Positions 1-11,130 are shown, numbered from the stretch's first letter. The stretch is DNA of 32,000 bases from Cyanobacterium sp. uoEpiScrs1 (GCF_947331815.1 NZ_OX373462.1:513376-545375); one strand, 5' to 3'. Notes: generated by a model from the letters alone, not told the origin. Translations and numbers: made by a program.

Positions 1-176
1 TTTAAGCAAATTAAAATATGGGAATCAACCAAGGTTTTCTGATATAGTTTTTAACTTAATTATTTTATTTATATTTATAGTCTAGCTCTTATTAAAATAG
101 ATATTTTTTATTGTAAAACGAAATTTATAACAATTAATTATGTATTTTAATAAAGTTTACTAATGATTAATTTTGA

Positions 177-200
177 ATATATATATATATATATATATAT
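177..200. repeat. (AT)12 dinucleotide microsatellite
   Basis: 24 nt of uninterrupted alternating AT, read directly from the sequence. It lies inside an ORF-free, AT-rich spacer. Confidence 0.95.
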
Positions 201-698
201 AATAAATCCTATATATTATCCTAAACAAGATTTTTGTCCTATATCTGTAATAGAAATAGCTTTATAAAATGCTCATCAGCATAGCTTTTTAGAGGAATAT
301 TGAGTAATATATTTTCGATTTTTTAAAAAAATTATAGTCAATTTTTATTGACTATCAAACTGATTTATAATTCCATACAATTTTAACTTGTGAGGCTATA
401 TCTAAAAATTTTTTTGCTAAATATGCCAACCGGCAAATAGAATAATAATGCTATGCAAACTCCTAATGATAGTTGTTTAAATTATAAAATATTACTATGA
501 TATCAAGGTAAAATTTTTACTCATAGCACAATACATTAATAAATATTTATTGTAGAAAATAACTGAGATTTTCTATTCACTTTATAAGTTTATATTGAAC
601 TTACCTCGGTATAGAATATAAATTTATATAACTTCAAATAAAAGTTTATTATATTTTCAGAAATTATTTCTTAAATAAAAATAGTAAAACAATAAATT

Positions 699-1370
699 TT
701 AAATAGAAGAAAAAGGCTTAAGTTTTTGAAGTAACATTTTAGCTTTTTGAGTAATAACTTCCCAATTTTTATTATCAATAGCATTCTTAGGGAATAATTG
801 GCCCGATAAACCTACTGCGATTGCTCCTGCTTGAATAAAATCCGCAGCATTGTCAAGGGTTACTCCACCAGTGGGGATAAGAGGAATAGACCCTAAAGGA
901 CCTTGTAGCCCTTTAATATAAGAGCTTCCTCCCATTGCTTGTATGGGAAAGACCTTAACGCAACTAGCCCCTAATTGCCAAGCAGTGACAATTTCTGTTG
1001 GAGATAAAGCACCAGGAATTATGGGAATTCTAGCGTTAATGGCGGTTTGAATTAATATAGGGTTGACATTTGGGGTAAAGCAAAATTGAACCTTAGCTGC
1101 AATCGCCCCCTGTAGCTGTTCGAGGTTTAAAATTGTTCCTGTTCCAACAGTACAGTTAGGTAATTCTTGGCAAATTTGGCGAATTAATTGTGCAGGTCTT
1201 CCACTATTCCAGGTAATTTCAATTAGACGAATTCCACCGGCAGATACGGCTTTGGCCATATTTAAGCCAAGATTTAAATTATTAGTACGGATGACTGCAA
1301 TAGCCCGATGTTGTCTGAGCAAATTTTGCCAAGAAAGTGAAAGGTCTTTAGAAGAGTTTGAAAATATCAA
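699..1370 (-). CDS. eda: 2-dehydro-3-deoxyphosphogluconate (KDPG) / 4-hydroxy-2-oxoglutarate aldolase
   Basis: 223-aa ORF with the Eda/KHG-aldolase layout: AIAVIR near the N-terminus, IEITW, GTGTIL, IPGALSPTEI, VKVFP (Schiff-base lysine context) and PTGGV. Length is typical for the family. The ORF-track start is TTG, so the exact start is uncertain. Confidence 0.85.
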   Translation of the reverse strand: MIFSNSSKDLSLSWQNLLRQHRAIAVIRTNNLNLGLNMAKAVSAGGIRLIEITWNSGRPAQLIRQICQELPNCTVGTGTILNLEQLQGAIAAKVQFCFTPNVNPILIQTAINARIPIIPGALSPTEIVTAWQLGASCVKVFPIQAMGGSSYIKGLQGPLGSIPLIPTGGVTLDNAADFIQAGAIAVGLSGQLFPKNAIDNKNWEVITQKAKMLLQKLKPFSSI

Positions 1371-1455
1371 CTTTTTTATTTGATAGATAATTAATTTCCC
1401 AATCTAGTCTAACCATTCCATACATTTAATACAAGTAAAATATATCAATTAAAAT

Positions 1456-1469
1456 AAATTACATAAACA
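1456..1469 (+). repeat. Copy 1 of dispersed 14-mer AAATTACATAAACA
   Basis: Exact 14-mer read at 1456-1469. It extends to the 16-mer TAAATTACATAAACAA shared with copy 3. Located in the eda/hypD spacer. Confidence 0.6.
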
Positions 1470-2168
1470 ATATTCTATAAGTTTTTTCTTAAATAATCCT
1501 TTATATTCAAAAAATATGTCAAATGAGAATAGACCGCATTCTATAAAATATATTATCTAAAAGTTAAAAAGACAAAGTTTAAGAAATTGAATCTATATTT
1601 ATTAAATAAGCTAGTAAATATCTTTGTCATAAAGTACTAAAAAATATTTTAATTACTGTATATCAATGCGTAATTTTTTATTTACTAATCCAGTATATTG
1701 TTTGATTTATCTTTATAAGTGAAATTAAGTGGTTGACTTAGAGTCTTTTGTTATTAAAATCATTGGATTAGACAACTCTTGTTTTGTTTAATGAACTGCA
1801 GCTTCTTCTAGAATTATATACATATAATTATGATTGGATAATTATATAGCTTTAAACACTTATTCTTTACTAAATAATTACAGTCATAGCAATAAATATT
1901 AGAGTACTTTTTAATAAAAAAACACGTAAGCTCTTAGTGATTATTGTCTAAATCTACGCTGATATTAGTAACTATTTCTTTATCAGTTTATTTTGTGCTA
2001 ATATTCTACATTTGGAATAAAAAAGATAGTTATATTGACAGTGATTTTCATATATGGTGGCGACACTAACTATCAATTTTGATTGTAACTATTAAGACTA
2101 TAACTAAAGTAAAATAGATAGTACGTAATACAACAAAACGTTAATTTATTCTCTTAAATAGTCAATGT

Positions 2169-3269
2169 TTAACCTTGATAACTACGATAGCGATAGTAAG
2201 CAGAGCAAGCTCCTTCTGAGGACACCATAGGTGCGCCTAAAGGACGTTCTGGGGTACATTCTTTTCCAAAGGCAGAACAATGGTAAGGTTTTTTACATCC
2301 TTGCATAATTTCCCCACTAATACAAATTGAAGAGATATAAGAGGAGTTTATTGAAGATAACTCCTCAGCAAACCGTTCTAAGGCGTCAAAACTAGCGTAT
2401 TTTTCTCGCAATCCTAGTCCACTTCGGTTAATTTCTCCAATACCTCGCCACTGTCGGGGAACAACCTCAAATACTTCTCTAATAATTTGTTTTGCAATAG
2501 AATTACCCTGCTGTTCTACAGAACGGATATATTGATTTTCACAGTGCGCTTGTCCTGACTCTAATTGTTGCAGACATAAATAAATACCTTGGAGGACATC
2601 GATGGGTTCAAACCCTGTTATCACAATGGGAACACCATATTTATGAGCAATGGGGTGATATTCCTCATACCCCATTACTGTACAAACATGACCGGCCGCT
2701 AAAAACCCTTGTACTTGGCATTTAGGTGACCCTAAAATAGCTTCTATAGCAGGGGGGACTAAGACATGAGAGACTAATAAAGAGAAATTGGTTATTGCAC
2801 GTTGTGCAGCTTGATAAACGGCCATGGCAGTTGCAGGGGTAGTTGTTTCAAACCCGACTGCAAAAAAAACTACCTGTTTGTTGGGATTTTCCTCGGCAAG
2901 TCTAAGACCATCTAAAGGAGAATAGACAATACGAATATCTCCCCCCTTTGCTTTGACAGTGAGTAAATCTTCATCAGTTCCAGGAACTCGTAACATATCG
3001 CCAAAGGAACAGAAAATTACATCCCGAAGACTAGCAATTTTTAAGGCGGAATCAATCAGTCGAATAGGGGTGACGCATACGGGACAACCAGGCCCATGAA
3101 TTAATGTGATTTTTGATGGTAAAAGTTTATCGATTCCGTATTTCACAATAGAATGTGTTTGTCCGCCACAAATTTCCATTATGTTCCAATCTCTGGTAGT
3201 TATTTGAGTAATTCTCTTGGAATATTTTTGAGCCAAGTTAGTATCGCGATATTCGTCAATAAATTTCAT
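2169..3269 (-). CDS. hypD: [NiFe]-hydrogenase maturation protein HypD
   Basis: 366-aa ORF starting MKFIDEYRD. It carries the HypD hallmarks [22 protein letters not shown] and GFETT, plus a Cys-rich C-terminus (CENQ...C..SGE...C...C). ATG start at 3267-3269. Confidence 0.9.
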   Translation of the reverse strand: MKFIDEYRDTNLAQKYSKRITQITTRDWNIMEICGGQTHSIVKYGIDKLLPSKITLIHGPGCPVCVTPIRLIDSALKIASLRDVIFCSFGDMLRVPGTDEDLLTVKAKGGDIRIVYSPLDGLRLAEENPNKQVVFFAVGFETTTPATAMAVYQAAQRAITNFSLLVSHVLVPPAIEAILGSPKCQVQGFLAAGHVCTVMGYEEYHPIAHKYGVPIVITGFEPIDVLQGIYLCLQQLESGQAHCENQYIRSVEQQGNSIAKQIIREVFEVVPRQWRGIGEINRSGLGLREKYASFDALERFAEELSSINSSYISSICISGEIMQGCKKPYHCSAFGKECTPERPLGAPMVSSEGACSAYYRYRSYQG

Positions 3270-4260
3270 AGTTAATTAATAATAAATTAGTTATGAATAA
3301 TATTTTTTAGGTTTTTTAACCTTACTAGATAACCTCCATATTAATTAACACTGTTATAAACATTGAATAACTTTAATTTTTCTTTACATATTAAGTGTTA
3401 AAGATCAATCAGGTTATTAAATTTGATCATTTAAAGTATACTAAATAGCTCGAGTTAATTTGATTATAATTTATATAAATAATTCAAAACTTTTTTACTT
3501 TTTTTGCTAAAAAATATATTAAATTTTATTTTTTATTGTTTAACGTAAATCATTGTTGTAAAGAGATAGTCAGTATGATTGGTGTATTAGACTATTGGAC
3601 AATGTCTAGTATTTTATACATTGAATAAGTAATTGACTTTAAGTAAAATAAAGAAAATAATTGTATATATTTACATCTCGAAAGACATGATTTTAACTGT
3701 CCAGGATTTATATCGCTTATGCTAAGTATTTAAAGTTAAATTTTGTTTGATTTTCTTAGCCACTTTAATATATATTTGTATTTAAATATTTTACAAAAAA
3801 TTTATCATTTTCTACATTTAATGAGATTCATCTTCTATTAATCTAGTTATAGATAATACAATTATATAAACTATAGATATATTTTGTCTCTGCCATCTTC
3901 CTTTTTATTTAAGTAGAGTACAATATACAATGATGAATTTTTACTAATTAATTAATTATTCTATTTATTTAGAAAATATTTTATAAACGTAGTATTTTGC
4001 TATTGTTCTAGTTATAGAAATGACTTTATATTTTGATCTAACGATGATGAGCATTATTTTTTGATATTATTATAGCAGTGATTAAATTATTTCAAGTCTA
4101 AAATAAATTGGATATCAATTTTATAAAAACTCGTAGTATAACCTGATTTATGGAGCAATTTATAACCCAATAAAATTCTAAAGCTTAATAAAAAAAATTG
4201 TCGTTCTACTATGGCAACTAATTCTAAAATTAAATTTACTCTTTCAGGCTCTATTCAAAC

Positions 4261-4288
4261 TTGACCGGGAGAACTAGTTCTCTATAAT
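4261..4288 (+). promoter_or_regulatory. Orphan sigma70-like promoter (TTGACC, 16 nt, TATAAT) with a perfect 14-bp palindrome GAGAACTAGTTCTC in the spacer
   Basis: TTGACC at 4261-4266 and TATAAT at 4283-4288. The palindrome at 4269-4282 abuts the -10 hexamer. No ORF in the track lies downstream on the + strand. This is sequence-pattern evidence only. Confidence 0.3.
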
Positions 4289-4953
4289 ATCCAAGTAGTT
4301 ATTTTGCTTACTGCTTCTGCAGACATAAAAGTAAAAATAATTTTACTGAATAAAACCTATTTCTCTCTATGAGGTTGTCTCAACCTTAGCTAGAGGACCC
4401 TAAGAAAACTGACTAAAAATTTTTATAGGATAGCAAAATAATTTAGCAGTCTAGTGTAAATAATTATCCATTAGCTTATGGAAATAATTACTATCATAGC
4501 TACCCCGTATTTAGGTTATTGCAAGTGCGGTAAATTGAAATATTTGAAGTTGACTTAAGAACAAAAATAGATTGATTTGTAATTACACTCTCTTGAGTCT
4601 TAAGTAATTTACGAAAAGGATAATTTTAATTAAATAGAAGATTAGTTTTTGGGATCTATGCAAACTTATGATTTAATGAGTAATTAATAGATAAAAATTA
4701 GTCATTTAATAAGCTAAGTTTTGCACTGGTCTTTAGTGATAAATCTACACCTTCAATTAAGGAGATAAAGGCATTCTTGAAATATTTAGCTACACCCTTA
4801 GGGACTTTATCACTGTATAATAGTGTCCACTAAGTACCTGACATTTTATAAATAAATTCAAAAAACTTTCTAATTAGAGAGAAACTTTGATAGTTTCTAA
4901 TAATTTTATATTTTTTTTAAAAATTCTTTAGTAAAGTTAAATGATTGAAGTTT

Positions 4954-4988
4954 ATGAGAAAATTGGACAACTATTGAAGTTATCCAAT
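4954..4988 (-). terminator. Probable intrinsic terminator of rpsD
   Basis: On the minus-strand RNA, 7 nt after the rpsD TAG stop, there is a 10-bp stem (4962-4971 pairs with 4979-4988; the single C/A mismatch on the + strand becomes a G-U pair on the transcript). The loop is 7 nt, and UUUCUCAU follows. Confidence 0.5.
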
Positions 4989-4994
4989 ACTCTT

Positions 4995-5603
4995 CTAAGC
5001 TTTTCGAGAATAATACTCAACTACCAATAATTCATTAATTTGTAAAGCTATCCATTCTCGCTCAATAATCCCATTTACTTTCCCCGTTAAGGTATTTTTG
5101 TCAAAATCTAAATGACTTGGAAGATTAGCTAGACCAGGATATTCCATATTTGCTTCTACCAAGCGACGAGAACGCTCTTGATTACGAACTGAGATAACTT
5201 CCCCAGGACGGCATTGATAACTAGGGATGTTAACAACTTGTCCATTAACGGTAAGATGACCGTGCGAGACTAGCTGGCGGGCTCCTGGAATGGTTCCTGC
5301 CATACCTAAACGAAATACTGTATTATCAAGGCGCATTTCTAGTAATTCCAGAAGTTTTTGACCGGTAGAACCTGTGGCTCTACGAGCTTTTTTCACATAG
5401 CGTACTAGCTGACCTTCAGTTACGCCATAGTTAAAGCGCAGTTTCTGTTTTTCCTCAAGACGAATAGCATATTCCGAACGCTTTCTGCGTCCTTGTCCAT
5501 GTTGCCCTGGGGGATAGGCACGACGAGGGTTTTTGCGACTTAAGCCAGGGAGTTCTCCTAGTCGTCGTACAACTCTTAAACGAGGTCCTCTATAACGAGA
5601 CAT
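4995..5603 (-). CDS. rpsD: 30S ribosomal protein S4
   Basis: 202-aa ORF starting [16 protein letters not shown], with an S4 domain (LDNTVFRLG...[12 protein letters not shown]). AGGAG lies 12 nt upstream of the ATG (plus-strand CTCCT at 5616-5620). A TATAAT on the minus strand at 5648-5653 is a possible -10 element. Confidence 0.97.
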   Translation of the reverse strand: MSRYRGPRLRVVRRLGELPGLSRKNPRRAYPPGQHGQGRRKRSEYAIRLEEKQKLRFNYGVTEGQLVRYVKKARRATGSTGQKLLELLEMRLDNTVFRLGMAGTIPGARQLVSHGHLTVNGQVVNIPSYQCRPGEVISVRNQERSRRLVEANMEYPGLANLPSHLDFDKNTLTGKVNGIIEREWIALQINELLVVEYYSRKA

Positions 5604-6137
5604 ATAACGGATTTTCTCCTAAAATACATAGTTATTCCAAAACCATCATTATACACGATTTGTAGTAATTGTTGGAGGGTCGAAATTTATATTGAGATAA
5701 TCAGGAATTAGTTAACGAGAAAAAGCACTATTGCACTGGTAATTTTTATTAAAGAATTTAGAAAATCATTTCTTAAAATTTTTACATATTTTTTATTTTA
5801 AGCACATACATAAAACTTTAACTATTAAAGAAGTAGTAGAAATAAAAATAGAATACATACTATATACTAAACTATATTTTTATTCGTTCGTCAATATATT
5901 GAAGTAAGTGATTATTTCTTAAACTATTGAGATTGATTTTTTAAAAATCATCTAAGTTATCAAACACTTATACTTTTATTTTAGTATTTTTATAAAAAAT
6001 AATAGTTTTTTATATATCAAAAAACATCATTGTAAAAAAACATCTATCTAAACTGATATATTATTTATGTAAACTTTAGTTAATAGCTCTCTATTGGAGT
6101 ATAAAACTTTTAAATTTATTCAGACTATAAATATACA

Positions 6138-6151
6138 AAATTACATAAACA
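6138..6151 (+). repeat. Copy 2 of dispersed 14-mer AAATTACATAAACA
   Basis: Exact 14-mer read at 6138-6151 in the rpsD/rsmI spacer. Confidence 0.6.
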
Positions 6152-6237
6152 TAATTTTAAAAAATATAATTATCAATACTCTTGTTTACAATTAATAGTA
6201 GTTCATAAAATGAGCAATATCTGTTATTTAAGTGATT

Positions 6238-7107
6238 TTAATCTTGATTAGGAGTATCAACTTCTAACGACAACTTATAAATTTGACGACGGTTTAAAGA
6301 AATTAATTCTGCTAAGTGACAACTCGCTTGTGACCGCGTCATTCCCATAGCTAACAATTGTTTTAATTCCTTCTTTAATTGTTCTTCAGTTAATGTTAAT
6401 TCAGACATTGTATGGCATCCGGCTACGATTAGGGTAAATTCTCCTTTAAGGTATTTTGAATCTTGAAAATAGTTAATTGCTTCTCCCAGGGTTCCTCTCC
6501 ATAATTCTTCATATAATTTCGTTAGTTCTCTAGCTACTGTAATTAAACGGTTTTTTCCGAAAAAATTTCCTAAGTCGTTTAAAGTTTGTAACAAACGATG
6601 GGGGGACTCATAAAAGATTATGGTACGAGTTTCCGTCTTCAAAAATGTTAAACGATTAACCCTGCTTTTATCTTTTGTGGAAAGAAATCCTTCAAAAACA
6701 AAGCGATTTGTGGGTAAACCAGAAACTGATAGCGCCATGATGGCAGCATTTGCTCCAGAAATAGGAATAGTAGCAATACTTTTATCAATACAAGCTTTAA
6801 TCAATTCATACCCCGGATCAGATATACCTGGCATTCCTGCGTCAGTGACCAAAGCAATAATTTTTCCTTGTTGTAGATAACCAATTAACTCATCTTGACG
6901 AGACAATCGATTATGGTGGTGATAACTTATCTGAGGGGTGTTAACGTGAAAGTAGTGTAGGAGTTTTTTCGTGTGACGGGTATCTTCTGCAGCGATCAAA
7001 TTCACTGATTTTAGAATATGGATCGCCCTTAATGTCATATCTTCCAAATTGCCAATGGGAGTCCCGACAACATAAAGAGTACCTGTTTGTAGAATTTCAT
7101 TGCTCAT
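6238..7107 (-). CDS. rsmI: 16S rRNA (cytidine1402-2'-O)-methyltransferase RsmI
   Basis: 289-aa ORF with GTLYVVGTPIGNLEDMTLRA, AAEDTRHTKKLL and TDAGMPGISDPGYELI, typical of the RsmI tetrapyrrole-methylase-fold family. Confidence 0.88.
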   Translation of the reverse strand: MSNEILQTGTLYVVGTPIGNLEDMTLRAIHILKSVNLIAAEDTRHTKKLLHYFHVNTPQISYHHHNRLSRQDELIGYLQQGKIIALVTDAGMPGISDPGYELIKACIDKSIATIPISGANAAIMALSVSGLPTNRFVFEGFLSTKDKSRVNRLTFLKTETRTIIFYESPHRLLQTLNDLGNFFGKNRLITVARELTKLYEELWRGTLGEAINYFQDSKYLKGEFTLIVAGCHTMSELTLTEEQLKKELKQLLAMGMTRSQASCHLAELISLNRRQIYKLSLEVDTPNQD

Positions 7108-7118
7108 TTTTACGACTC

Positions 7119-7985
7119 ATGAATGGATTATTTATCGGTTTAACAACTCTGGACTTAATTTATCTTACCGAGCACTTTCCCCATAGTAATGAAAAAATTG
7201 TAGCTATTGATGAAACGATTTCTGTAGGGGGCCCAGCAACGAATGCGGCTATCACTTTTAAACATTTTAGTGATCAAGCAACTTTATTAAGTGTGATTGG
7301 TAATCATCCTATTAGTCAATTAATTTATGCTGAATTAAACGATTATTCTATAAATGTTTTTGACTTAAATCCTCATCACAAAAAACCTTTGCCTACTTCT
7401 TCAATTATTGTTAATACAATGACAGGTGAACGGGCTGTTGTTTCTATTAATGCTACTAAATCTAAAGCGATTATCAATAATGGACTTTCTGCGAGAATTT
7501 TGCAAAATGTTGACATTATTTTAGTCGATGGGCATCAAATATCTACAAGCATTATGATAGCTAAAGAAGCGCAACGGTTAAAAATACCTGTTGTTTTAGA
7601 TGGAGGAAGCTGGAAACCTGGACTATCTAAAATTCTTCCTTATGTAAATTATGCGATTTGCTCTGAAAATTTTTATCCTCCTAACTGTCTTAATTCTCTC
7701 GATGTGTTCCATTACTTAAAAGATATTAAAATTCCTTATATTGCTATTACTAAGGGAGCAAAGCCAATTCAATATTGGACTAAAGAAGAATCAGGAAATG
7801 TTGAAGTTTCAAAAATAAAAGCGATAGACACATTAGGAGCAGGAGATATCTTTCATGGAGCTTTTTGCTATTTTATTCTTCAATACAATTTTAAGGATTC
7901 TATAATAAAAGCTTCTCAAGTTGCGTCTATTGCTTGTCAGTATTTTGGAACTCATCAATGGATGTCTAAAATAGTTAATGGTTAA
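7119..7985 (+). CDS. PfkB-family (ribokinase-like) carbohydrate kinase
   Basis: The ORF-track frame runs 7032-7985. I place the start at ATG 7119 (MNGLFIGLTTLDLIY), which removes a 76-nt overlap with rsmI and an implausible N-terminal extension. It has GGPATNAA near the N-terminus and the PfkB signature DTLGAGDIFHGAF near the C-terminus. The substrate cannot be inferred. Confidence 0.75.
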   Translation: MNGLFIGLTTLDLIYLTEHFPHSNEKIVAIDETISVGGPATNAAITFKHFSDQATLLSVIGNHPISQLIYAELNDYSINVFDLNPHHKKPLPTSSIIVNTMTGERAVVSINATKSKAIINNGLSARILQNVDIILVDGHQISTSIMIAKEAQRLKIPVVLDGGSWKPGLSKILPYVNYAICSENFYPPNCLNSLDVFHYLKDIKIPYIAITKGAKPIQYWTKEESGNVEVSKIKAIDTLGAGDIFHGAFCYFILQYNFKDSIIKASQVASIACQYFGTHQWMSKIVNG

Positions 7986-8177
7986 TGATTATTAAATTAG
8001 GATTTAAACTGCTCTCTTTATTTATTTTTTTACAGACAATAAAGTTTTTTGACAGTTATCATTTTTTGTTGCATCTTATGGCTATAATTTTATCTTTATG
8101 GTGTAAGATAAAAAATCCTTCTAGAGTTGAAGAAAGAGAAACAAAGGGGTGTTTACCCAACTTTAGAGGGAATTGCC

Positions 8178-8498
8178 ATGAAGAGAATTATCAATATATT
8201 GATGGGCATGATAGCTCTAGTTTGCGTAACTACCATAGTCAACGCTCAAACCATTCGTCAATCGAACTTAGAAGAGAGAGCTGCTAATCTAAACTTGGGG
8301 TACAATGAACCCTATCAATCGGGTACTATTGTCGGAATTATTTCAGGACCTTATGGCAGTGTTTTATTCGTGAAACTTGAAGATAATACAAAATTGAGAT
8401 TTCACCATCCAGGAACGTCAATTGATAGAGGTGATAGTGTTTTTGTGTTTAAGAAAAATGGCAAATATTTTCTACTTGAATCAGCGATTCCAGAATAA
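8178..8498 (+). CDS. Small secreted hypothetical protein (106 aa from the internal ATG)
   Basis: The ORF-track frame runs 8127-8498. ATG 8178 is preceded by GAGGG 7 nt upstream (8166-8170). It gives a classical signal peptide, MKRIINILMGMIALVCVTTIVNA/QT. I recognise no family. Confidence 0.5.
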   Translation: MKRIINILMGMIALVCVTTIVNAQTIRQSNLEERAANLNLGYNEPYQSGTIVGIISGPYGSVLFVKLEDNTKLRFHHPGTSIDRGDSVFVFKKNGKYFLLESAIPE

Positions 8499-9592
8499 AT
8501 AAGAGATGAGCTAGAACGCATTCAAGAATACGTTTTAGCTAAAAATATATTCAACATACTATTTATTGAAGGATATTAATCAGCCTATTGAAGCTTTGTA
8601 TGGTGAATATTGCTTAATTTGGAGTAACGTCTTAGTCTTTTTAAGACTATCAGACTAAAGATCATAGTGAATATATTTTTGAAATATTGAATTTGTCGTT
8701 TCTTAAAAAGATGATAACAAAAGACATAAAATTCACAGCAAAGTCCATAAGAATAGATTTTTATAAATACAAAAAATGGTAGGATGAGTGGTTTCATTAA
8801 TTATCACTCTAATGATATATTTATTTAATTTTTGAACAGGTTAACCTCTAGTAGTCGCTTTTTTAACTATTTTTCCATTTTGCATTGAATTTAAAATTTT
8901 TACACATACATTTTAACTTATTTAAATAAGTATTTAGAGCAAAATGTTTTGTAAGATTGATTATTCGTAAATAACTCGCTGACTATTAGGCTCATTCTCT
9001 GTTTGTATAATTATACTTTAATCAATGCCAAATATTTTCTGTATTGGTTAGTCATAAAACTTATGGCACTAATACAAACAAAACTAACTGCACTAGTTTA
9101 AACTAATAAAACTTAAAAATTTATAAGCTAAATAGTTAAAAAACATCTAATTATTTAGAAAAAGTTATATTTTTACAGCTACTTTGTCAATAAAATTAAC
9201 TATAAAGAATTTATTATTTATTTTTATTAAAACAATTATTAATCAAGTTAGAAGGTTAATTTAAATTCTATTTTTATACCTATTAACCTGAATCTTAGTA
9301 TCTTTCTTGTTAGGTATGTTGGTAATATAACTATATATAGTAAAAAACTACCACAGGCTAATATTTATAGAATAGAGACGAAAAGAACAAAATGGTTACT
9401 CTATAAGGCTTTTGAATTTTGTTAAACATCAATGCCTAGCCTTATCTTAGGAACTCCTAAAATATTTATATGGAATCATCAATGAGTTCATACAATATCT
9501 TTTCTAAAAAATACTGAAGATTAGTTCAATCTCTATTCTGGAGATAACATTCTCTTTTATCCTCAATACACTTTTAATCTATTTATAGATTT

Positions 9593-10642
9593 TTATCTCT
9601 CAATAATACCGCCGCCTAAGACAATCTCTCCATCATATAAAACTGCCGCTTGGCCTGGAGTAACCCCAAATTGAGGATCATCAAAAATTAATTTGATACG
9701 ATGATTACCCAAAGGGATAACATTAACTGAAACTGCAGGAGAACGATAGCGAATTTGGGCTTCTACCTGAATAGGAGAAGAAGGTTCAGGGATTGAAATC
9801 CAATTCATTCTATTTACATGACAATCAGAACACCTTGCATTATTACGATTAGCAACAATAACCTGGTTCATTACGGGATCAAGTTTTATTACATATAATG
9901 GTTCAGTTGCCGCAATGCCTAGTCCTTTACGTTGTCCAATAGTATAGTGGTGAACTCCTTGATGTTTCCCTAATACTTTGCCGTCGATACTAACAATATT
10001 CCCTTCTTTTTGAGAGATATGCTGATCCAGAAATGTTTTCATAGATCCATGAACTTCAATTAAACATAAATCTTGACTTTCAGGTTTACTTGCGGTTTTC
10101 AAATTCAGTTCACTAGCAGTTTTTCGAGTTTCTTCCTTAGTTTGATTTCCCAAAGGAAAAAGAACTCCCGCTAACATTTCTTGGGAAAGATTATAAAGAA
10201 AATAAGATTGATCTTTATGACAATCAACTGCTCGCAATAATTGATAGCGTTGATTAACTTCATCGTAGCGAACACGTGCATAATGTCCCGTTGCTATATG
10301 ATTGCACTTTAATTCCTGTTTAGCATACTTTAACATAGGACCAAATTTGATCACCTTATTACATTGGGAACAAGGAAGAGGTGTTACACCTGACTCATAA
10401 CCTGAAACTAAATAATCAATAATATTAGCTTGAAATAGATCACGAATATCAACAATATGGTGAGGAATTCCTAACTGCTCGCAAATCAAAGCTGCATCCA
10501 CCATTCCCTCTGAACAACATTGCCCTTTCCCTTTCATTAACCATAAGGTTAAACCAATCACTTCATAACCTTGATGCTGAAGACTAGCAGCTGCAACAGA
10601 ACTGTCAACCCCCCCTGACAAACCAACTAAAACTTTGCTCAT
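9593..10642 (-). CDS. mnmA: tRNA-specific 2-thiouridylase (tRNA U34 2-thiolation)
   Basis: 349-aa ORF with the PP-loop [12 protein letters not shown] and catalytic Cys contexts (CCSE, CSQCN). The C-terminal barrel ends [18 protein letters not shown], typical of MnmA/TrmU. Confidence 0.92.
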   Translation of the reverse strand: MSKVLVGLSGGVDSSVAAASLQHQGYEVIGLTLWLMKGKGQCCSEGMVDAALICEQLGIPHHIVDIRDLFQANIIDYLVSGYESGVTPLPCSQCNKVIKFGPMLKYAKQELKCNHIATGHYARVRYDEVNQRYQLLRAVDCHKDQSYFLYNLSQEMLAGVLFPLGNQTKEETRKTASELNLKTASKPESQDLCLIEVHGSMKTFLDQHISQKEGNIVSIDGKVLGKHQGVHHYTIGQRKGLGIAATEPLYVIKLDPVMNQVIVANRNNARCSDCHVNRMNWISIPEPSSPIQVEAQIRYRSPAVSVNVIPLGNHRIKLIFDDPQFGVTPGQAAVLYDGEIVLGGGIIER

Positions 10643-11130
10643 TATACTTTCGTTTCTCGTAACTTTATTTCATTCAGGATAACTCATCATATATAGTCAT
10701 TGGCTTATGACTATTGGTGTTATTCGATAAGCCTAGCTTTAATAGTGAATATTTTAAATCAGGTATCAGACATGAAGTCTTTACAGAAAGAGTCTTAATT
10801 CTAATAATAATAGCTCTTCTAGACCGAGTCTAAAAATGAGTAGGGAGTAAAACTTAAAATTTATGTTGTGACTATATTTTATGCATATAAAAACAAAATT
10901 ATAAACTTTACTTTATATAAATAAAATAATTTTTTTTGATTCTGTTAACACTGTTAAATCTAATAATCAAAAGAGAAAAGTAAAAATATTAATTAATTAC
11001 AAGTAGTTATAAAACTGAGATTCTTTATAGTAAAAAATAAAACAATAATTATGCTTGATATATATTTTTATATGTTATTATGTTTCATAAATAAGTGGTA
11101 TATTTTTATATAAATGCAGCCAATTATCAT

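Noticed and set aside
1456-1469. The 14-mer as an RpaB HLR1 site (TTACA-containing)
   Set aside because: HLR1 needs two direct (G/T)TTACA(T/A)(T/A) half-sites 2 nt apart. Only one TTACATAA half-site is present in each copy.
4269-4282. Palindrome GAGAACTAGTTCTC as a LexA/Cheo-type SOS box
   Set aside because: The Cheo box is GAAC-N4-GTTC and the cyanobacterial LexA boxes I recall have different half-site spacing. Here the spacing is N2, so I do not assign a regulator.
6620-6880. 86-aa + strand ORF
   Set aside because: It lies entirely antisense within the well-supported rsmI CDS and has no recognisable motif. It is a typical shadow ORF.
7032-7118. N-terminal extension of the PfkB-kinase ORF (MSYLPNCQWESRQHKEYLFVEFHCSFLRL)
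   Set aside because: It overlaps the rsmI 5' end by 76 nt and its composition is unlike a kinase N-terminus. The internal ATG 7119 gives the family-typical start GLTTLD.
7985-8287. 100-aa + strand ORF after the kinase gene
   Set aside because: The sequence is low-complexity and hydrophobic/AT-driven. It overlaps the better-supported signal-peptide ORF in another frame and has no motif.
8633-8649. Small AT-rich hairpins, for example 334-355, 8633-8649, 10693-10714, 13784-13807 and 31724-31745
   Set aside because: Their stems are 7-9 bp and made almost entirely of A-T pairs. These are expected frequently by chance in spacers of this composition and have no supporting context.
8585-8797. 70-aa minus-strand ORF
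   Set aside because: It has AT-rich spacer composition and a Phe/Ile/Lys/Tyr-dominated translation. It has no SD, no motif and no neighbouring gene context.
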